64,000 nucleotides of DNA, from NCBI GenBank assembly GCA_964607655.1, contig CAZSKX010000003.1:4160-68159 (forward strand), in the 5' to 3' direction. Below, piece after piece: positions 31,962-42,578 of this stretch (position 1 is the stretch's first letter; each line of letters begins with the position of its first letter). This DNA comes from an uncultured Candidatus Saccharibacteria bacterium (lineage in GTDB: Bacteria; Patescibacteriota; Minisyncoccia; Phycocordibacterales; Phycocordibacteraceae). The notes below the pieces were generated by a model. The model was not told the DNA's origin. It saw only the letters and a program-made list of their open reading frames with translations, and did no database searches. The translations under genes and the position numbers were made by a program.

Positions 31962-33023
31962 CTACTTCGCGTGTGTGTGCACACGACGCTTGCGCTTGTC
32001 GTAGTCGGAGAGGAGCTCGAGTAGGGCTGCCGCCACCGGCACCGAGAGCAACACGCCCAAGAAACCGACGAGTGTGTACCCGGCAATAAGTGCAACAATA
32101 ACCAAGAGTGGCGGTAGGCCAACCACCTTCTTTACAATAAGCGGATAGATCAGGTTTGATTCAAACTGGTTCACTACTATATAGAGCCCAGCGACGATGA
32201 GCGCTAGGGTAACGCCGTCATGCGAGTAGGCCACCGTTATCGCGAGGAGCCCGGCCACAAGACCGCCAAAGATCGGAATGATCTCTGCAAATGCGGTAAA
32301 AACAGCGAGCAATAGCGCATACGGCACGCCGAAAATAACGAGACCAAGGTATATGAGCATCCCAACAATGACCGACAAGAGAAGCTGTCCCTGCATCCAC
32401 AGACCGATCTTCTTCTGCGCTCGTCTCCAGAGGTCGACTGCATAGTCCTCGTGGCGCACCGGGACGACCAGGCGCAAAAAGTCGTCAACGCCCGTATCCT
32501 GTAACGCGAAGTAGAACGAGAGGACCACCACGAGAACAAAAGAAAGGATCCCGCCGAAAAAGGCAATGACGAGGTGCGTCGCGCCGCTGCTGCTAGTGCT
32601 AAAGGCGTACTGGAGAGAGAAGAGGGAGCGCACAAGATCCTGCAACTCTTGGCCGCTACCGAGAAGATCGGTAGCGCTGGAAAGATTGCTGATCGAGGCC
32701 GGTATATTAAGGGTATTAACATACTGCGGAATAACCGAAAGGAAGTCGAGTGCGTCAGCGACGATCGGCGGGAAGAAGAGATATAGCAGTATAAAAACAG
32801 ACGCAAACGTAAACACATAAATCAGCAGCACGCTCAAGAATCTCGGCATCTTCCGTCGCACAAAAAAGAGCACTCCCGGCTCGATCGCTGACGCGATCAC
32901 GATCGCCGTCACCACAAGGAGCGCCAGATCCCGAAGCACCCAAAAGATATAGGCCCCCGCAACGATTGCGACAGCCTTTACGATAGTACCTGCGGTGATG
33001 GAGACGTTAAGCTCGCGGTCCAT
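31962..33023 (-). CDS. AI-2E family transporter (PF01594-like permease)
   Basis: 8-TM topology with the conserved mid-protein loop typical of the UPF0118/AI-2E family. Confidence 0.6.
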   Translation of the reverse strand: MDRELNVSITAGTIVKAVAIVAGAYIFWVLRDLALLVVTAIVIASAIEPGVLFFVRRKMPRFLSVLLIYVFTFASVFILLYLFFPPIVADALDFLSVIPQYVNTLNIPASISNLSSATDLLGSGQELQDLVRSLFSLQYAFSTSSSGATHLVIAFFGGILSFVLVVVLSFYFALQDTGVDDFLRLVVPVRHEDYAVDLWRRAQKKIGLWMQGQLLLSVIVGMLIYLGLVIFGVPYALLLAVFTAFAEIIPIFGGLVAGLLAITVAYSHDGVTLALIVAGLYIVVNQFESNLIYPLIVKKVVGLPPLLVIVALIAGYTLVGFLGVLLSVPVAAALLELLSDYDKRKRRVHTHAK

Positions 33024-33044
33024 ACGAGCATCCTAGCATATTAG

Positions 33045-34373
33045 CTATATATTGAGGGCGGTTCGTAGTCGGTCAGCCGCCTGATCAACCGTGAGACGCT
33101 CCTGCTCGCCCGTGTCACGATGGCGTAGCGTGACGGTATCTTTGAGCTCTGGATTCTCGCCGAGCGTATCGAAGTCGATCGTGATGCAGAACGGTGTACC
33201 GATCTCATCTTGGCGACGGTAGCGCTTGCCAATATTGCCGTTATCATCCCAGGCAATAGCCGGATGTACCTTCTGGAGCGCCTGCCGCACTTCCCTCGCC
33301 TTCTCGACAAGCTCGGGTTTATTTTTCAAGAGCGGCGAGACCATTGCCTTAACCGGCGCCACCTCCGGCGCGAGCGCGAGATACACACGCGATTCGTCTC
33401 CCATCGTATCTTCTCGATACGCACTCGCGAGTACTGCGAGTACGGTACGCTCGACACCGAAGGACGGCTCGATCACGTGCGGGACAAAACGTTCCTTCGT
33501 CTCTTCGTCGAGGTACGAGAGATCGACACCCGAGGTCTCGGCATGGCGAGAGAGGTCGAAGTCGGTGCGGTACGCCAAGCCCCAGAGCTCCTTGCGCCCT
33601 TGTGGGAAGTCAAATTCGAAATCGATCGTACGCTTCGAGTAGTGTGCGAGATCTTCGGGCGCGATCTCGAGCTCGTGCACACTCGCTTCGGGAAGGCCGA
33701 TACGTGTGGCGTACTCGTGCATCAGCACACGCCATTCTTCAAACGCGCGCTCCCAGTCACTCGGCTTTACGAAATACTCGATCTCCATCTGCTTCAGCTC
33801 ACGCAAGCGGAAGATGAAGTCGCGCGGCGCGATCTCGTTACGAAAAGCCTTCCCTACCTGTGCGAGACCAAACGGAATCTTCGGGTGCATCGAGTCGAGC
33901 ACGTTTTTATAGTTCACGAACATACCACCCGCAGTCTCGGGGCGCAGGTACACCACCGACGACTCGTCCTCCATCGCCCCCGCGTGCGTCTTGAACATCA
34001 TATTGAAAGCACGTGGCTCGCCGAGCTTCCCGCCACACTCCGGACAGGTGGTCTGATCCTCGAGATGATCCGCACGGAAGCGACGCTTACACTTCTCACA
34101 TTCAACTAGGGGGTCGGCAAAGCCAGAGACGTGGCCCGACGCCTCCCACGCCTTTGGGTTCATCAGGATCGCCGCGTCGAGCGGGTACATGTCGTCACGA
34201 TGGTTAACCAGGAGGTCAAACCATATCTGCTTAATATTCTCTTGGAGCAGGACGCCAAGCGGGCCGTAGTCGTAAGTGCCCGCGAGCCCGCCGTATATCT
34301 CCGAGCCCGGGAATATAAACCCGCGGCGTTTACAGAGCGAGACGATCTTCTCCATCAAGGTGAGCTCAGCCAT
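33045..34373 (-). CDS. glycyl-tRNA synthetase (alpha2 dimeric, archaeal/eukaryote-like type)
   Basis: 'GFIFPGSEIYGGLAGTYDYGPLG', class II motifs, and 'FDFPQGRKELWGLAYRTDFDL'. Confidence 0.85.
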   Translation of the reverse strand: MAELTLMEKIVSLCKRRGFIFPGSEIYGGLAGTYDYGPLGVLLQENIKQIWFDLLVNHRDDMYPLDAAILMNPKAWEASGHVSGFADPLVECEKCKRRFRADHLEDQTTCPECGGKLGEPRAFNMMFKTHAGAMEDESSVVYLRPETAGGMFVNYKNVLDSMHPKIPFGLAQVGKAFRNEIAPRDFIFRLRELKQMEIEYFVKPSDWERAFEEWRVLMHEYATRIGLPEASVHELEIAPEDLAHYSKRTIDFEFDFPQGRKELWGLAYRTDFDLSRHAETSGVDLSYLDEETKERFVPHVIEPSFGVERTVLAVLASAYREDTMGDESRVYLALAPEVAPVKAMVSPLLKNKPELVEKAREVRQALQKVHPAIAWDDNGNIGKRYRRQDEIGTPFCITIDFDTLGENPELKDTVTLRHRDTGEQERLTVDQAADRLRTALNI

Positions 34374-34384
34374 AGAAAGCCTGA

Positions 34385-36280
34385 TTATCGCACAGTTCCG
34401 TTCCCTGCAATATACCCTGCCTCAGTTGAGGTTTCGGTATTCACCGGAGCGGCTGCCGCCTGGATCGTGATGCCCGCAAATCGATCGTGACCACTAAAAC
34501 TCATCAGGTTGGTAAGGAGCGGCGCTCCTCCGATCTGCGACGTAGAAGGAAGAAGTGAGACCTGGAAATACCCCTTGGCACTTCCCCCTTGAGGCAAGTC
34601 TCCAGTCTTCCAAGTAACTTTCCGCACAGTTGGATCATAAGAAAAAGTGCCCGTCCCTCCTGTTTTCGCCGTGTACGTGACGTACCCAGGCAAAACAGTA
34701 GTCACTGACCCATCGGCGATCGCACTTCCTGGATTTCGCGCCGTCCATTCTATAGTGTAGGTCGTGGGCTGATCTGGCCTTGGCGGGACGGGGCCTGAGT
34801 TTGGAAATGGCCCGGTTTTATGAAGCGTCGCGGCAGCGAGCGTAACGCCGGTCACCACCTTTGCTGTACGGGTGAGCGACGACTGTACTTCCTCAGGCAC
34901 GTTGCGCTGCCCTTGACGTATGCCTGCGATCGAAACGGTAAGCACCACCGTAGGAGAACTTCCTGCACTCGGAAGTGTCTTGAAGGAGAAGCTTCCCAAT
35001 CCCGACGCGCCCGGCGCAAAGCTTGCAAGTGAGGGGTCTGCGTCCTGACTGAAAATAACCGTGCGATCACTCGAACGATAGAAACCTTGTGTGCTTGTAA
35101 TACTGCTGTAGTCGACAGCACTGCCTGAAAGCGTGACTGCAACTGAGAGATTGTTCACTGCGGTAGATAGTGTGTTGGCATAGGAGATCGTGACGTTTTG
35201 AGAAGCGCCAGCCTTTAAGATCGGACTTGCTGACGAATCTCCGTTTATGACGAGATTGGTGGTGATAAAGGGTGCCGTAATAGCAACCGCGGCCTCCTGG
35301 CTCATATAGGTAACCGCGAGCGCCGTATCGGTAGCGCTTTTAGCAGTCCCGACGTTGAAGTGGAAAACTCTCTCTTCTTGCTCCTGCCCGTTCAGCACTC
35401 CCGTGAGCGTGATGGTCTTACTCGACCCCGGAGCCATAGTGCCGAGAAGGAAGCTGGTCCCCGTGAGCGGCACCGAAGAATTTGTCACCGAGAAGCCAAA
35501 GGGAAAGTCGCCTGCAAGAACAACGTTTTCGAGCGGGAGGGTGGCGTTTGAGCGCACCGTGAGCGCAAAGGTGATCGGCTTTCCTGACACGGTCTCTGAG
35601 AGCGTGTTCAGGGAGAGCTCGAGTGGGGTGGTCGAGATGCCGAGCGTATATGACGTTTTCTTTTTAAAGTTCGCGTTTGTCCCGCTTGTTGTGTAAGAGA
35701 GCGACGCAGGAAGTGTGACTGTCTGCCCTGCCCCACCAAAGAGCACGGCGCGCAGGGAGCGTGTGACCGTCTCCCCGCTCTCTATGCGCCCCACGTTTTC
35801 TGTATACCGAGGATATGCTTCGAGCGTATTGCTTGCATTACGCGTGCTCTCAGGAAAATCTATTTCAACAATCGCGTTCTCGATAGCAACCGCATTTTTG
35901 TTGGTGATGATAAGTTGCAGCGGGACAGTATCTCCACCCGCAATCGTGGTCGGGCCCTGGATCGTGAGGTCTATTTTGTCACTCGATACGGAATTGCTGC
36001 CAAAGTAGAAAAAGTATCCCGCTACTCCCAAGGAGATAAGAAAGAAGATGACCGCAAAGCTAAAGAAGTTGCTGGCCCACCGCGTCGGCTGGGCGGTCGC
36101 TCCAGAGGCCTGGGCCAAAACAGCCACGTCTTCCCAAGCGTGCGGAAGTTTCGGATCTCCAGAGACTGACAGCGGCTGACGTTCGACAGTCGGCGTCTCA
36201 TCGGTCTTATAGAGCTTGTGGCGCGCTTCTTCGAGCGCGCCCGTAGTGTCCTTGTCGGGTATTGGAAGCGTCTCAGGCAT
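34385..36280 (-). CDS. large membrane-anchored extracellular hypothetical protein (Thr/Ser-rich, Ig-like repeats)
   Basis: A single N-terminal TM anchor 'FFSFAVIFFLISLGVAGYFFYF' is followed by repetitive beta-rich sequence. The likely start is 'MPETLP'. Confidence 0.45.
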   Translation of the reverse strand: MPETLPIPDKDTTGALEEARHKLYKTDETPTVERQPLSVSGDPKLPHAWEDVAVLAQASGATAQPTRWASNFFSFAVIFFLISLGVAGYFFYFGSNSVSSDKIDLTIQGPTTIAGGDTVPLQLIITNKNAVAIENAIVEIDFPESTRNASNTLEAYPRYTENVGRIESGETVTRSLRAVLFGGAGQTVTLPASLSYTTSGTNANFKKKTSYTLGISTTPLELSLNTLSETVSGKPITFALTVRSNATLPLENVVLAGDFPFGFSVTNSSVPLTGTSFLLGTMAPGSSKTITLTGVLNGQEQEERVFHFNVGTAKSATDTALAVTYMSQEAAVAITAPFITTNLVINGDSSASPILKAGASQNVTISYANTLSTAVNNLSVAVTLSGSAVDYSSITSTQGFYRSSDRTVIFSQDADPSLASFAPGASGLGSFSFKTLPSAGSSPTVVLTVSIAGIRQGQRNVPEEVQSSLTRTAKVVTGVTLAAATLHKTGPFPNSGPVPPRPDQPTTYTIEWTARNPGSAIADGSVTTVLPGYVTYTAKTGGTGTFSYDPTVRKVTWKTGDLPQGGSAKGYFQVSLLPSTSQIGGAPLLTNLMSFSGHDRFAGITIQAAAAPVNTETSTEAGYIAGNGTVR

Positions 36281-36300
36281 CCCCTTCAGTATACACGGGG

Positions 36301-36864
36301 TCAAAGCTCTGAGGCACTAATGCCTTGATTAATTCTTTGTATGTATGCAGCCCGCTCCTTGAGAACCTGCTGTAAAAACGATTCTTCGTATCCATTTGGG
36401 TTTACCGCATCTCCCGCATCAAGGCCAAGCAGGCCGAGCAGTCTCAAGACTGCCAGAAGCTCGATTGCTTCATGAAGTTCGACTGGTCGGTCACGCAATG
36501 CGGCAAGGAATCCCCTGACCACCTCGAACACACGTTCGTCACGCGCCTCGTCCGCAACGAGCCTCAAGAGCAGGCCGGTCACGCGCGCAACACGCTCACG
36601 CCCCGGGTGAGGTAGCACTTTGGCCCATTGTTCTTCCAGCACTGCCCCGACGACTCGCCATCCCTCCTTTCCTTGCACGAGCATCACCTCACTTTCAGAA
36701 AGCGTCGTCAGGCCATGAGCAAGTTTCGCCCCTGGCTTTCTGATCCCCTGGGCTCGTGCACGCACCAGTCCGACCGTCGGTGTAAGTAGCGTAACAAGTG
36801 AGTTGGCTTCGCCGAGCGAGGTACGCGCAAGAACAATCCCTCGCGTATCGTATTTATGCCGCAT
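36301..36864 (-). CDS. recO: DNA repair protein RecO (short form)
   Basis: N-terminal OB fold '[36 protein letters not shown]'. Confidence 0.55.
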   Translation of the reverse strand: MRHKYDTRGIVLARTSLGEANSLVTLLTPTVGLVRARAQGIRKPGAKLAHGLTTLSESEVMLVQGKEGWRVVGAVLEEQWAKVLPHPGRERVARVTGLLLRLVADEARDERVFEVVRGFLAALRDRPVELHEAIELLAVLRLLGLLGLDAGDAVNPNGYEESFLQQVLKERAAYIQRINQGISASEL

Positions 36865-39800
36865 CGCGTACGAGGTTAAACCGTTTCTCTCCCGTCGAGA
36901 GTGTTACCCCGTACTTCCCTCCTTCGACCACTTCCGTACGTACTTTGTCGGTAGGAGCCAGCTGCTCTTGCTTACGCGCGTCTGCAATCGCACGGGCGAA
37001 CTCTCGCTCATCGCCCTCTTGTACAAGCTCGGGGGTAAGCACCGTGTCGAGCGAAAGCGTCTCGCCCACGCTTACCTGCTTCACATTGATCTCCTCGGCG
37101 AGCACCGCAGCGAGCTCGAGCGGAAGTCCTCCATTGATGGTGACGCTCGCGAGCGGCTGGCGCACCTTGATCCCTGCCTTCTGGCGCAGCTGGAGCGCTT
37201 CTGAGGCAAGTGCCCGAACGCGAGCCATCTCGCCGACAAGATCGACCTTCGGTGCTGTTTTGAAAAGTTTCGTGAGCGTAAACGCCTCCCGCTTAGGCTC
37301 TGGCCACGCAGCTAAGTGCACACTGATCGGATCGCTCTCTTCACGCACCGAGCGGAAGATCTCTTCGGCGAGGAAAGGTGAGAAGGGGGCGAGTAGAAGC
37401 GCGCATGTCCGAAGCGTCGTGCGAAGGGTCTCGAGCGCCGCACTATCACCCTCTCGAGCTCGATCGCGCACTCGCCGCACATACCACTGCGACAAGTCTT
37501 CGGCGAGTGCTGCCACTCCTCGCGACGCTTCAAAGAGCTGATAGTGGTCGAGAGCCTCCGTCACTTCGTAGACGGCCTTCTCTAACCGCGCCTCCATCCA
37601 CTGGTCAAGGATCGTAGGGGTTGCTTCGACACGTGGAACCTCCTTAAAGAGGTCGTAAAACTTTGTACTGTTGTCGAGCCACGAGAGCACCTTCGCGGCC
37701 TCCTTCACCGTCTTCGGGTCAAAGTTCTTCGAGTCACCCGCCTGGCTCACGCTGTACATCCAGAAGCGGAGCGCATCGACACCGTACCGGTCGATCTCAT
37801 CCATCGGGTCAGTCACGTTCCCTTTCGACTTACTCATCTTCTGACCGTTCGCGTCGAGGAGATGGCCGAGACAAATCACGTTTTTAAATGGCGCTCCGCG
37901 TCCAGCGAGTACGCCGACGGCAAGGAGCGTGTAGAACCACCCACGCGTCTGGTCGATCGCTTCAGAGATAAAATCCGCAGGATACGCTACCTGCTTCATA
38001 TACTGCTCGAGCGTTTGCTCCCCGCGCTCTTTCGCCGCCTGAGCGAAGGGCATCGCGCCGGAGTCAAACCATACGTCCATCACCTCTTTAACTCGGCGGA
38101 GCTCAGTCCCCTTCTCGCTCACGAGCACCACGTCGTCGATATACGGCCGGTGCAGATCAAGCTCATAATTTTCATTGTGTGGCAGCGGAACGAAGTCAAA
38201 CTCGGCGACTTCTGCGAATTTAGCGCTACTAATGACCTTATTTAGGATCTCATTTGCCGCAATTGCGTCAGCTCCTTCAACGAGGACCGCGAACGACTCA
38301 AAGGCCACGCCGTGCGTAACGATAAGCACCTTTTCGTTCTTCGTCTTCTCCTCTAGTTCGTATACAAAAGATCCCAATCGGTTTTTGGCGTCTGCGTAAC
38401 TCTCTTCACCCCCCGGAACTAGATCGAGGTAGCCGTGAGTCTTCTTCCACGCCCAAAAAGCCTCGTGGGCACCCGGCTTGTTCTCTCCATCAAACTCTCC
38501 GAAATCAAACTCCCGTAGCCGGTCATCGTACGCGATCGCTTCTTTAGGGAAACCGAGACTCGTCGCAACCATCTCTGCCGTCTCTTTGGTGCGCAGGAGC
38601 GGCGAAGCGTAGATCTTTGTGATGCCCATCGTTTTAAGTTCTTCGATACTTGCCCTCACCTGCTCCTTCCCTTTTTCAGTCAAACCATTTGGCGTGCCGA
38701 TCTTCGAATCAAAAAACTTCTTTGCGTTCCCTTCGGCTTCGCCGTGACGCATTAGGAAGTACTGGTTGCCCGATTTCTTTGTGTGCTTCTTAAGTTCGTC
38801 GATTGAACCAGCAAGCGCCTGTTCGCTCCCGTCAGCACTCATCCAGACCGGAAGCGGTGTCCCCCAGTACCGCTCGCGACTGATCGCCCACTCCTTTGCG
38901 TTCGTGAGCCACTCGCCCATGCGCCCGTCGCGAATATGTTCTGGTTCCCAGTTGACCTTCTTGTTTTCTGCCACGAGCGTTCCTCGCAGGTCGTGAATGC
39001 GGATATACCACGAGTCCCGTGCGTAGTAGATGAGGCGAGTCTTGCAACGCCAGCAGAAGGGGTAGGTGTGCGTGTACGATTCTTTTTTAAATAAAATGCC
39101 CTGAGTCTGGAGATTCTTAAGGATCTCGACCGCCGTACTTTCTTCGATCACCGCACGCCCGGTAAGGAAGTCGGTTCCTTCGACATACTTCCCTTCAGGA
39201 TTTACCAAGTGAACCTTCGGTAGGCCGCGATCGCTGCCGAGGTCGAAGTCTTCTTGGCCATACATCGGCGCGATGTGCACGATGCCCGTACCCTCGTCAG
39301 TCGTGACGAAATCAGCATCATATACCGCATACGCGTGCTTAAACTTCGCGCGTTCTTCTTCGCGCGCGACCTCCTGGGCAAAGGCATAGACCGGCTTGTA
39401 GCGCTTCCCGATGAGCGCCTCCGCGAGCACATCCCCTGTGCGCTTCCACTCGGCTCCGAGCACCGCCTCAGCGCGTGCATCTGCGAGGATGACGTGCGTG
39501 CCGTCCTTCTCGTATTTACCGTATGAAATATTCTTTCCGATCGCGAGCGCGACGTTCCCGGGAAGCGTCCACGGCGTCGTGGTCCAGGCGAGCAAGAAGG
39601 TGCCCGGCTCACCCATGAGCTCAAACTTCACCATCACGGTGATGTCCTTCACCTCCTCGTAGCCCTGCGCGAGCTCGTGCGACGAGAGTGAGGTTCCACA
39701 GCGCGAACACCACGGCACCACGCGGTAGTCCTTATAGAGCCGGCCCTCCTTCGCGATATGCGCCATGATGCGCCACACCACCTCGATGTACGAGTTGTCG

Positions 39801-40249
39801 TAGGTGAAGTAGGCGTTCTTTGCGTCGACCCAGTAGCCGATGCGTCGCGTTACGTTCGCCCACAGGTCGATATAGGTCGCTGCCGTCTCACGACACTTTT
39901 TATTAAATGCGGCGATGCCGTACTTCTCGATATCTGGCTTACCGGAAAACCCAAGCTCCTTCTCAACCTGTAGCTCGACCGGGAGTCCGTGCGTATCCCA
40001 GCCCGCGCGACGGGGGACGTGATACCCACGCATCGTCTTATAGCGTGGAATCGCATCCTTGAAAGCGCGCGTCTCGAAGTGGCCCATGTGCGGCTTACCG
40101 TTTGCACCCGGCGGACCTTCGTAGAAAACAAACTCGCCCATGGGCGACGGCTTCTCGAGTGACTTCTCGAAGATCCTCTCACGCTCCCAAAACTCAAGCA
40201 CCGCCTCTTCGCGCTTGGCTGTTTCTGACTTCTCGGGCGCGTCGGCCAT
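36854..40249 (-). CDS. ileS: isoleucyl-tRNA synthetase carrying an inserted histidine-phosphatase (PGAM-family) domain
   Basis: HIGH region '[13 protein letters not shown]', editing-domain '[11 protein letters not shown]', '[14 protein letters not shown]', and 'KMSKSKGN'. Between '[13 protein letters not shown]' and 'HRPYIDD' lies a roughly 190-aa segment '[11 protein letters not shown]...[11 protein letters not shown]...LIVTHG', a His-phosphatase fold. Confidence 0.9.
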   Translation of the reverse strand: MADAPEKSETAKREEAVLEFWERERIFEKSLEKPSPMGEFVFYEGPPGANGKPHMGHFETRAFKDAIPRYKTMRGYHVPRRAGWDTHGLPVELQVEKELGFSGKPDIEKYGIAAFNKKCRETAATYIDLWANVTRRIGYWVDAKNAYFTYDNSYIEVVWRIMAHIAKEGRLYKDYRVVPWCSRCGTSLSSHELAQGYEEVKDITVMVKFELMGEPGTFLLAWTTTPWTLPGNVALAIGKNISYGKYEKDGTHVILADARAEAVLGAEWKRTGDVLAEALIGKRYKPVYAFAQEVAREEERAKFKHAYAVYDADFVTTDEGTGIVHIAPMYGQEDFDLGSDRGLPKVHLVNPEGKYVEGTDFLTGRAVIEESTAVEILKNLQTQGILFKKESYTHTYPFCWRCKTRLIYYARDSWYIRIHDLRGTLVAENKKVNWEPEHIRDGRMGEWLTNAKEWAISRERYWGTPLPVWMSADGSEQALAGSIDELKKHTKKSGNQYFLMRHGEAEGNAKKFFDSKIGTPNGLTEKGKEQVRASIEELKTMGITKIYASPLLRTKETAEMVATSLGFPKEAIAYDDRLREFDFGEFDGENKPGAHEAFWAWKKTHGYLDLVPGGEESYADAKNRLGSFVYELEEKTKNEKVLIVTHGVAFESFAVLVEGADAIAANEILNKVISSAKFAEVAEFDFVPLPHNENYELDLHRPYIDDVVLVSEKGTELRRVKEVMDVWFDSGAMPFAQAAKERGEQTLEQYMKQVAYPADFISEAIDQTRGWFYTLLAVGVLAGRGAPFKNVICLGHLLDANGQKMSKSKGNVTDPMDEIDRYGVDALRFWMYSVSQAGDSKNFDPKTVKEAAKVLSWLDNSTKFYDLFKEVPRVEATPTILDQWMEARLEKAVYEVTEALDHYQLFEASRGVAALAEDLSQWYVRRVRDRAREGDSAALETLRTTLRTCALLLAPFSPFLAEEIFRSVREESDPISVHLAAWPEPKREAFTLTKLFKTAPKVDLVGEMARVRALASEALQLRQKAGIKVRQPLASVTINGGLPLELAAVLAEEINVKQVSVGETLSLDTVLTPELVQEGDEREFARAIADARKQEQLAPTDKVRTEVVEGGKYGVTLSTGEKRFNLVRDAA

Positions 40250-40289
40250 ATCTCACTATCGTAGCGTTTATGCGACAAAAAAGAAACGG

Positions 40290-40330
40290 GGCCACGCGGA
40301 TGTCTCCGCGTGGCCCCATATTTTGTTGTG
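40290..40330. terminator. terminator hairpin
   Basis: 'aaacggggccacgcgg atgtct ccgcgtggccccatattttgttg'. Confidence 0.65.
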
Positions 40331-40343
40331 GTCGTGGCCTTGG

Positions 40344-40589
40344 TCAGATGTGAATGAGCAGCTCCCGCGAGCGCTGGGTCCGGCTCATCTCCTGGGCGAA
40401 GGCCATCACCGCCGGGTGGACGGGAGCGAGCTCCCTGCCCTTCTTCGGATCAGAGAGCTTCGTGCGGATCTTCTCGAGCTCCGCAGTGGCGTCGATCTCC
40501 GCGCCGCTCTTCTGGACGTGCTCGACCAGCTTCTCGAGCGGAACCTTGGCCCGCTTCGCTTCATCCCTCACCAATTGGGCATCCTTCAT
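40344..40589 (-). CDS. small hypothetical protein (81 aa)
   Basis: Stand-alone ORF with its own downstream terminator, lying between argS and ileS. I recognise no family. Confidence 0.35.
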   Translation of the reverse strand: MKDAQLVRDEAKRAKVPLEKLVEHVQKSGAEIDATAELEKIRTKLSDPKKGRELAPVHPAVMAFAQEMSRTQRSRELLIHI

Positions 40590-40677
40590 GCGTTAGTACG
40601 CTCCTTGTGGCTGCACGTGTGCCGCACAGTCCAAGGAGGACTCTACAACACTAGGAGGTTGGGCGCAAGGCCTTAAA

Positions 40678-42363
40678 TCACATCCTGTCCGGTGTCGGGA
40701 TGCCGAGCAGCGTGAGGCCATTCGTCATCGTGTTGGCGAAGGCCTGTGCGACGCGCTGTTTGTACGCTTCTTCAGGGCTCCCGAGCACTTGTTCGTTTGC
40801 ATAAAAAGCGTTCCAGGTAGAAGCGAGCTCAGTGAGATACGTGAGCAAGTAGTTGGGCGCGAGCTCTCGCGCTGCGCGCGCGACCACCTCGGGGTAGTGC
40901 AGGAGCGCGCGCTCGATCGCGTATGGCTCTGCCGGCTCCTCGCCCCCCTTCTCGCCGTTGGTCGCGTAGGTGAGGATCTTCTTCGCGCGCACGAGTGCGT
41001 ACTGCAGGTACGGCCCTGAGTCGCCCTCAAGCGAGAGCGACTTCTCTGGGTCGAAAATAATGTCTGACCCCGGCGACTGCCGCAGCACCATATATTTAAT
41101 CGCGCCGATCGCGACCTGTTCAGCGATGAGCGGATCCTCATTCTTCTCACTCGCCTTCTTTACAATATCTTCGATAAACCCAGCGGCAGTGATCACATTC
41201 CCCTCGCGCGAGGACATCTTACCGGTGGTTAGTCGCAAGAAGCCGTGCGGCACGTGGATGGTCTTCGCCGCGAGGAGCGGCGCGACCTCCTTCATCGCGG
41301 CAAAGATAACCTTGAAATATTCACTCTGCTCTGCGGCCGTGAGGATAATGCTCTCGTCTGACGGCCATCGCTCCTCCTTTAAGAACGCGAGGCCGAGATC
41401 CTTCGCCTCGTAGAGCGGCGTCCCGCGGCTCGTGATAAATACCCGAGTGTGGAGCCCGACCTTCTCGCCCTTATACACCACCGCGCCCTCGCTCTGTTCG
41501 AAAATGCCTTTGGCAAGCCCGTCATGTACTACCTGGATACCGCGCGGCGCCGCGTCACTATCGAAGAAGAAGAAATCAAACTTGGTGTCGAGCAGCTTCC
41601 AGATCCGCGTAAACGCCTCCATCGAGACATCGCGCCCCTTACGCCAGAGCTCCATGAGCGCGTGATCCACACCCTCGTACAGCGCCGTATTAAGCGCGTC
41701 GATCTCGGCCTTCGCCGCCTCGTCCTCTTCATAGGCCTTATTGCCCTCCGCATACGCTGTGCCGATCTGCTCAGCACTCTCTGGCTCAGCGACTCCTTTC
41801 TTCTGCAATTCCCAGATCGCCTTCGCTACGTGCGGTCCAACGTCTCCCCCGTAGGTATCGCGCGCCATCGTCGCGCCCGCATTCTCTACCAGCCGGGAGA
41901 CCGCCTCGCCGATGATCGTGCTCATCAGGTGCCCGATGTGCATCGGCTTAAAGGCGTTTGGATTCGAGTATTCGATAATCACCCGCTTACCCTCCTTCGA
42001 CTTACCCTTACCCCAGTCGCTCCCCTGTGCTACCGCCTCGGCCACTGCAAATGCCACTTGCTCGCGCGCGAGGGTGATATTGATAAACCCCGGGCCGGCC
42101 ACTTCAACTTTCGACACTTTATCGCTCAGCTTCTTCTGAATCTTCTGTGCTAGCTCCTCGGCAAGCTCTCGAGGATTCTTTCCCAGCGCCTTAGCCGCGG
42201 CCATCGCCGCGTTGGTCGTATAGTCGCCAAACTCCGCGCTCGCCGGGCGCTCCACGGCAAAAGAAACTCCTTCTCCCACCTCGCCGAGAACGGCCTTGTG
42301 TATCAGCTCCTCCATTAAGCCGAGTGTACCAGATTCGCCTGAATTATTTGAACATCTGCGCAA
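40678..42363 (-). CDS. argS: arginyl-tRNA synthetase
   Basis: Class I 'PMHIGHLMSTIIGEAV' and a C-terminal DALR anticodon-binding region. Confidence 0.9.
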   Translation of the reverse strand: MRRCSNNSGESGTLGLMEELIHKAVLGEVGEGVSFAVERPASAEFGDYTTNAAMAAAKALGKNPRELAEELAQKIQKKLSDKVSKVEVAGPGFINITLAREQVAFAVAEAVAQGSDWGKGKSKEGKRVIIEYSNPNAFKPMHIGHLMSTIIGEAVSRLVENAGATMARDTYGGDVGPHVAKAIWELQKKGVAEPESAEQIGTAYAEGNKAYEEDEAAKAEIDALNTALYEGVDHALMELWRKGRDVSMEAFTRIWKLLDTKFDFFFFDSDAAPRGIQVVHDGLAKGIFEQSEGAVVYKGEKVGLHTRVFITSRGTPLYEAKDLGLAFLKEERWPSDESIILTAAEQSEYFKVIFAAMKEVAPLLAAKTIHVPHGFLRLTTGKMSSREGNVITAAGFIEDIVKKASEKNEDPLIAEQVAIGAIKYMVLRQSPGSDIIFDPEKSLSLEGDSGPYLQYALVRAKKILTYATNGEKGGEEPAEPYAIERALLHYPEVVARAARELAPNYLLTYLTELASTWNAFYANEQVLGSPEEAYKQRVAQAFANTMTNGLTLLGIPTPDRM

Positions 42364-42402
42364 CCACCGGACGGTCTACGCCGAGGACCTCGGCAATTGC
42401 GC

Positions 42403-42561
42403 CTAGCTCGCCTTAAGTCGCACCTGTTCGATCAGCTTCTGCTGGTCGGCGCTCGCCTTACGCGCCACGTCTAGGTACACCTTCTTTTTCTCCCGCGAAG
42501 AGGCCTCCCGGAAGAAACGCGAAAACTCTCCGGAAGTACGGACCGGGGTCTTTTTCTTCAT
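42403..42561 (-). CDS. small basic ORF (52 aa) immediately downstream of the zeta-like kinase gene (not in ORF track, <60 aa)
   Basis: Manual translation from the ATG (complement of 42559-42561) gives 'MKKKTPVRTSGEFSRFFREASSREKKKVYLDVARKASADQQKLIEQVRLKAS*'. It starts 17 nt after the zeta stop. Confidence 0.25.
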   Translation of the reverse strand: MKKKTPVRTSGEFSRFFREASSREKKKVYLDVARKASADQQKLIEQVRLKAS

Positions 42562-42578
42562 TAAGAAAGCAAGGAATT

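Noticed and set aside
36798-37541. 247-aa + strand ORF and other antisense ORFs inside ileS, argS, secD and folD
   Set aside because: They are embedded antisense in well-supported conserved genes. They are low-complexity Ser/Arg/Ala-rich, so frame artefacts of high GC.
38180-38770. Intein in IleRS
   Set aside because: There is no N-terminal Cys/Ser and no C-terminal His-Asn plus Cys/Ser/Thr junction, and no Hint-domain blocks. The insert has histidine-phosphatase motifs instead.
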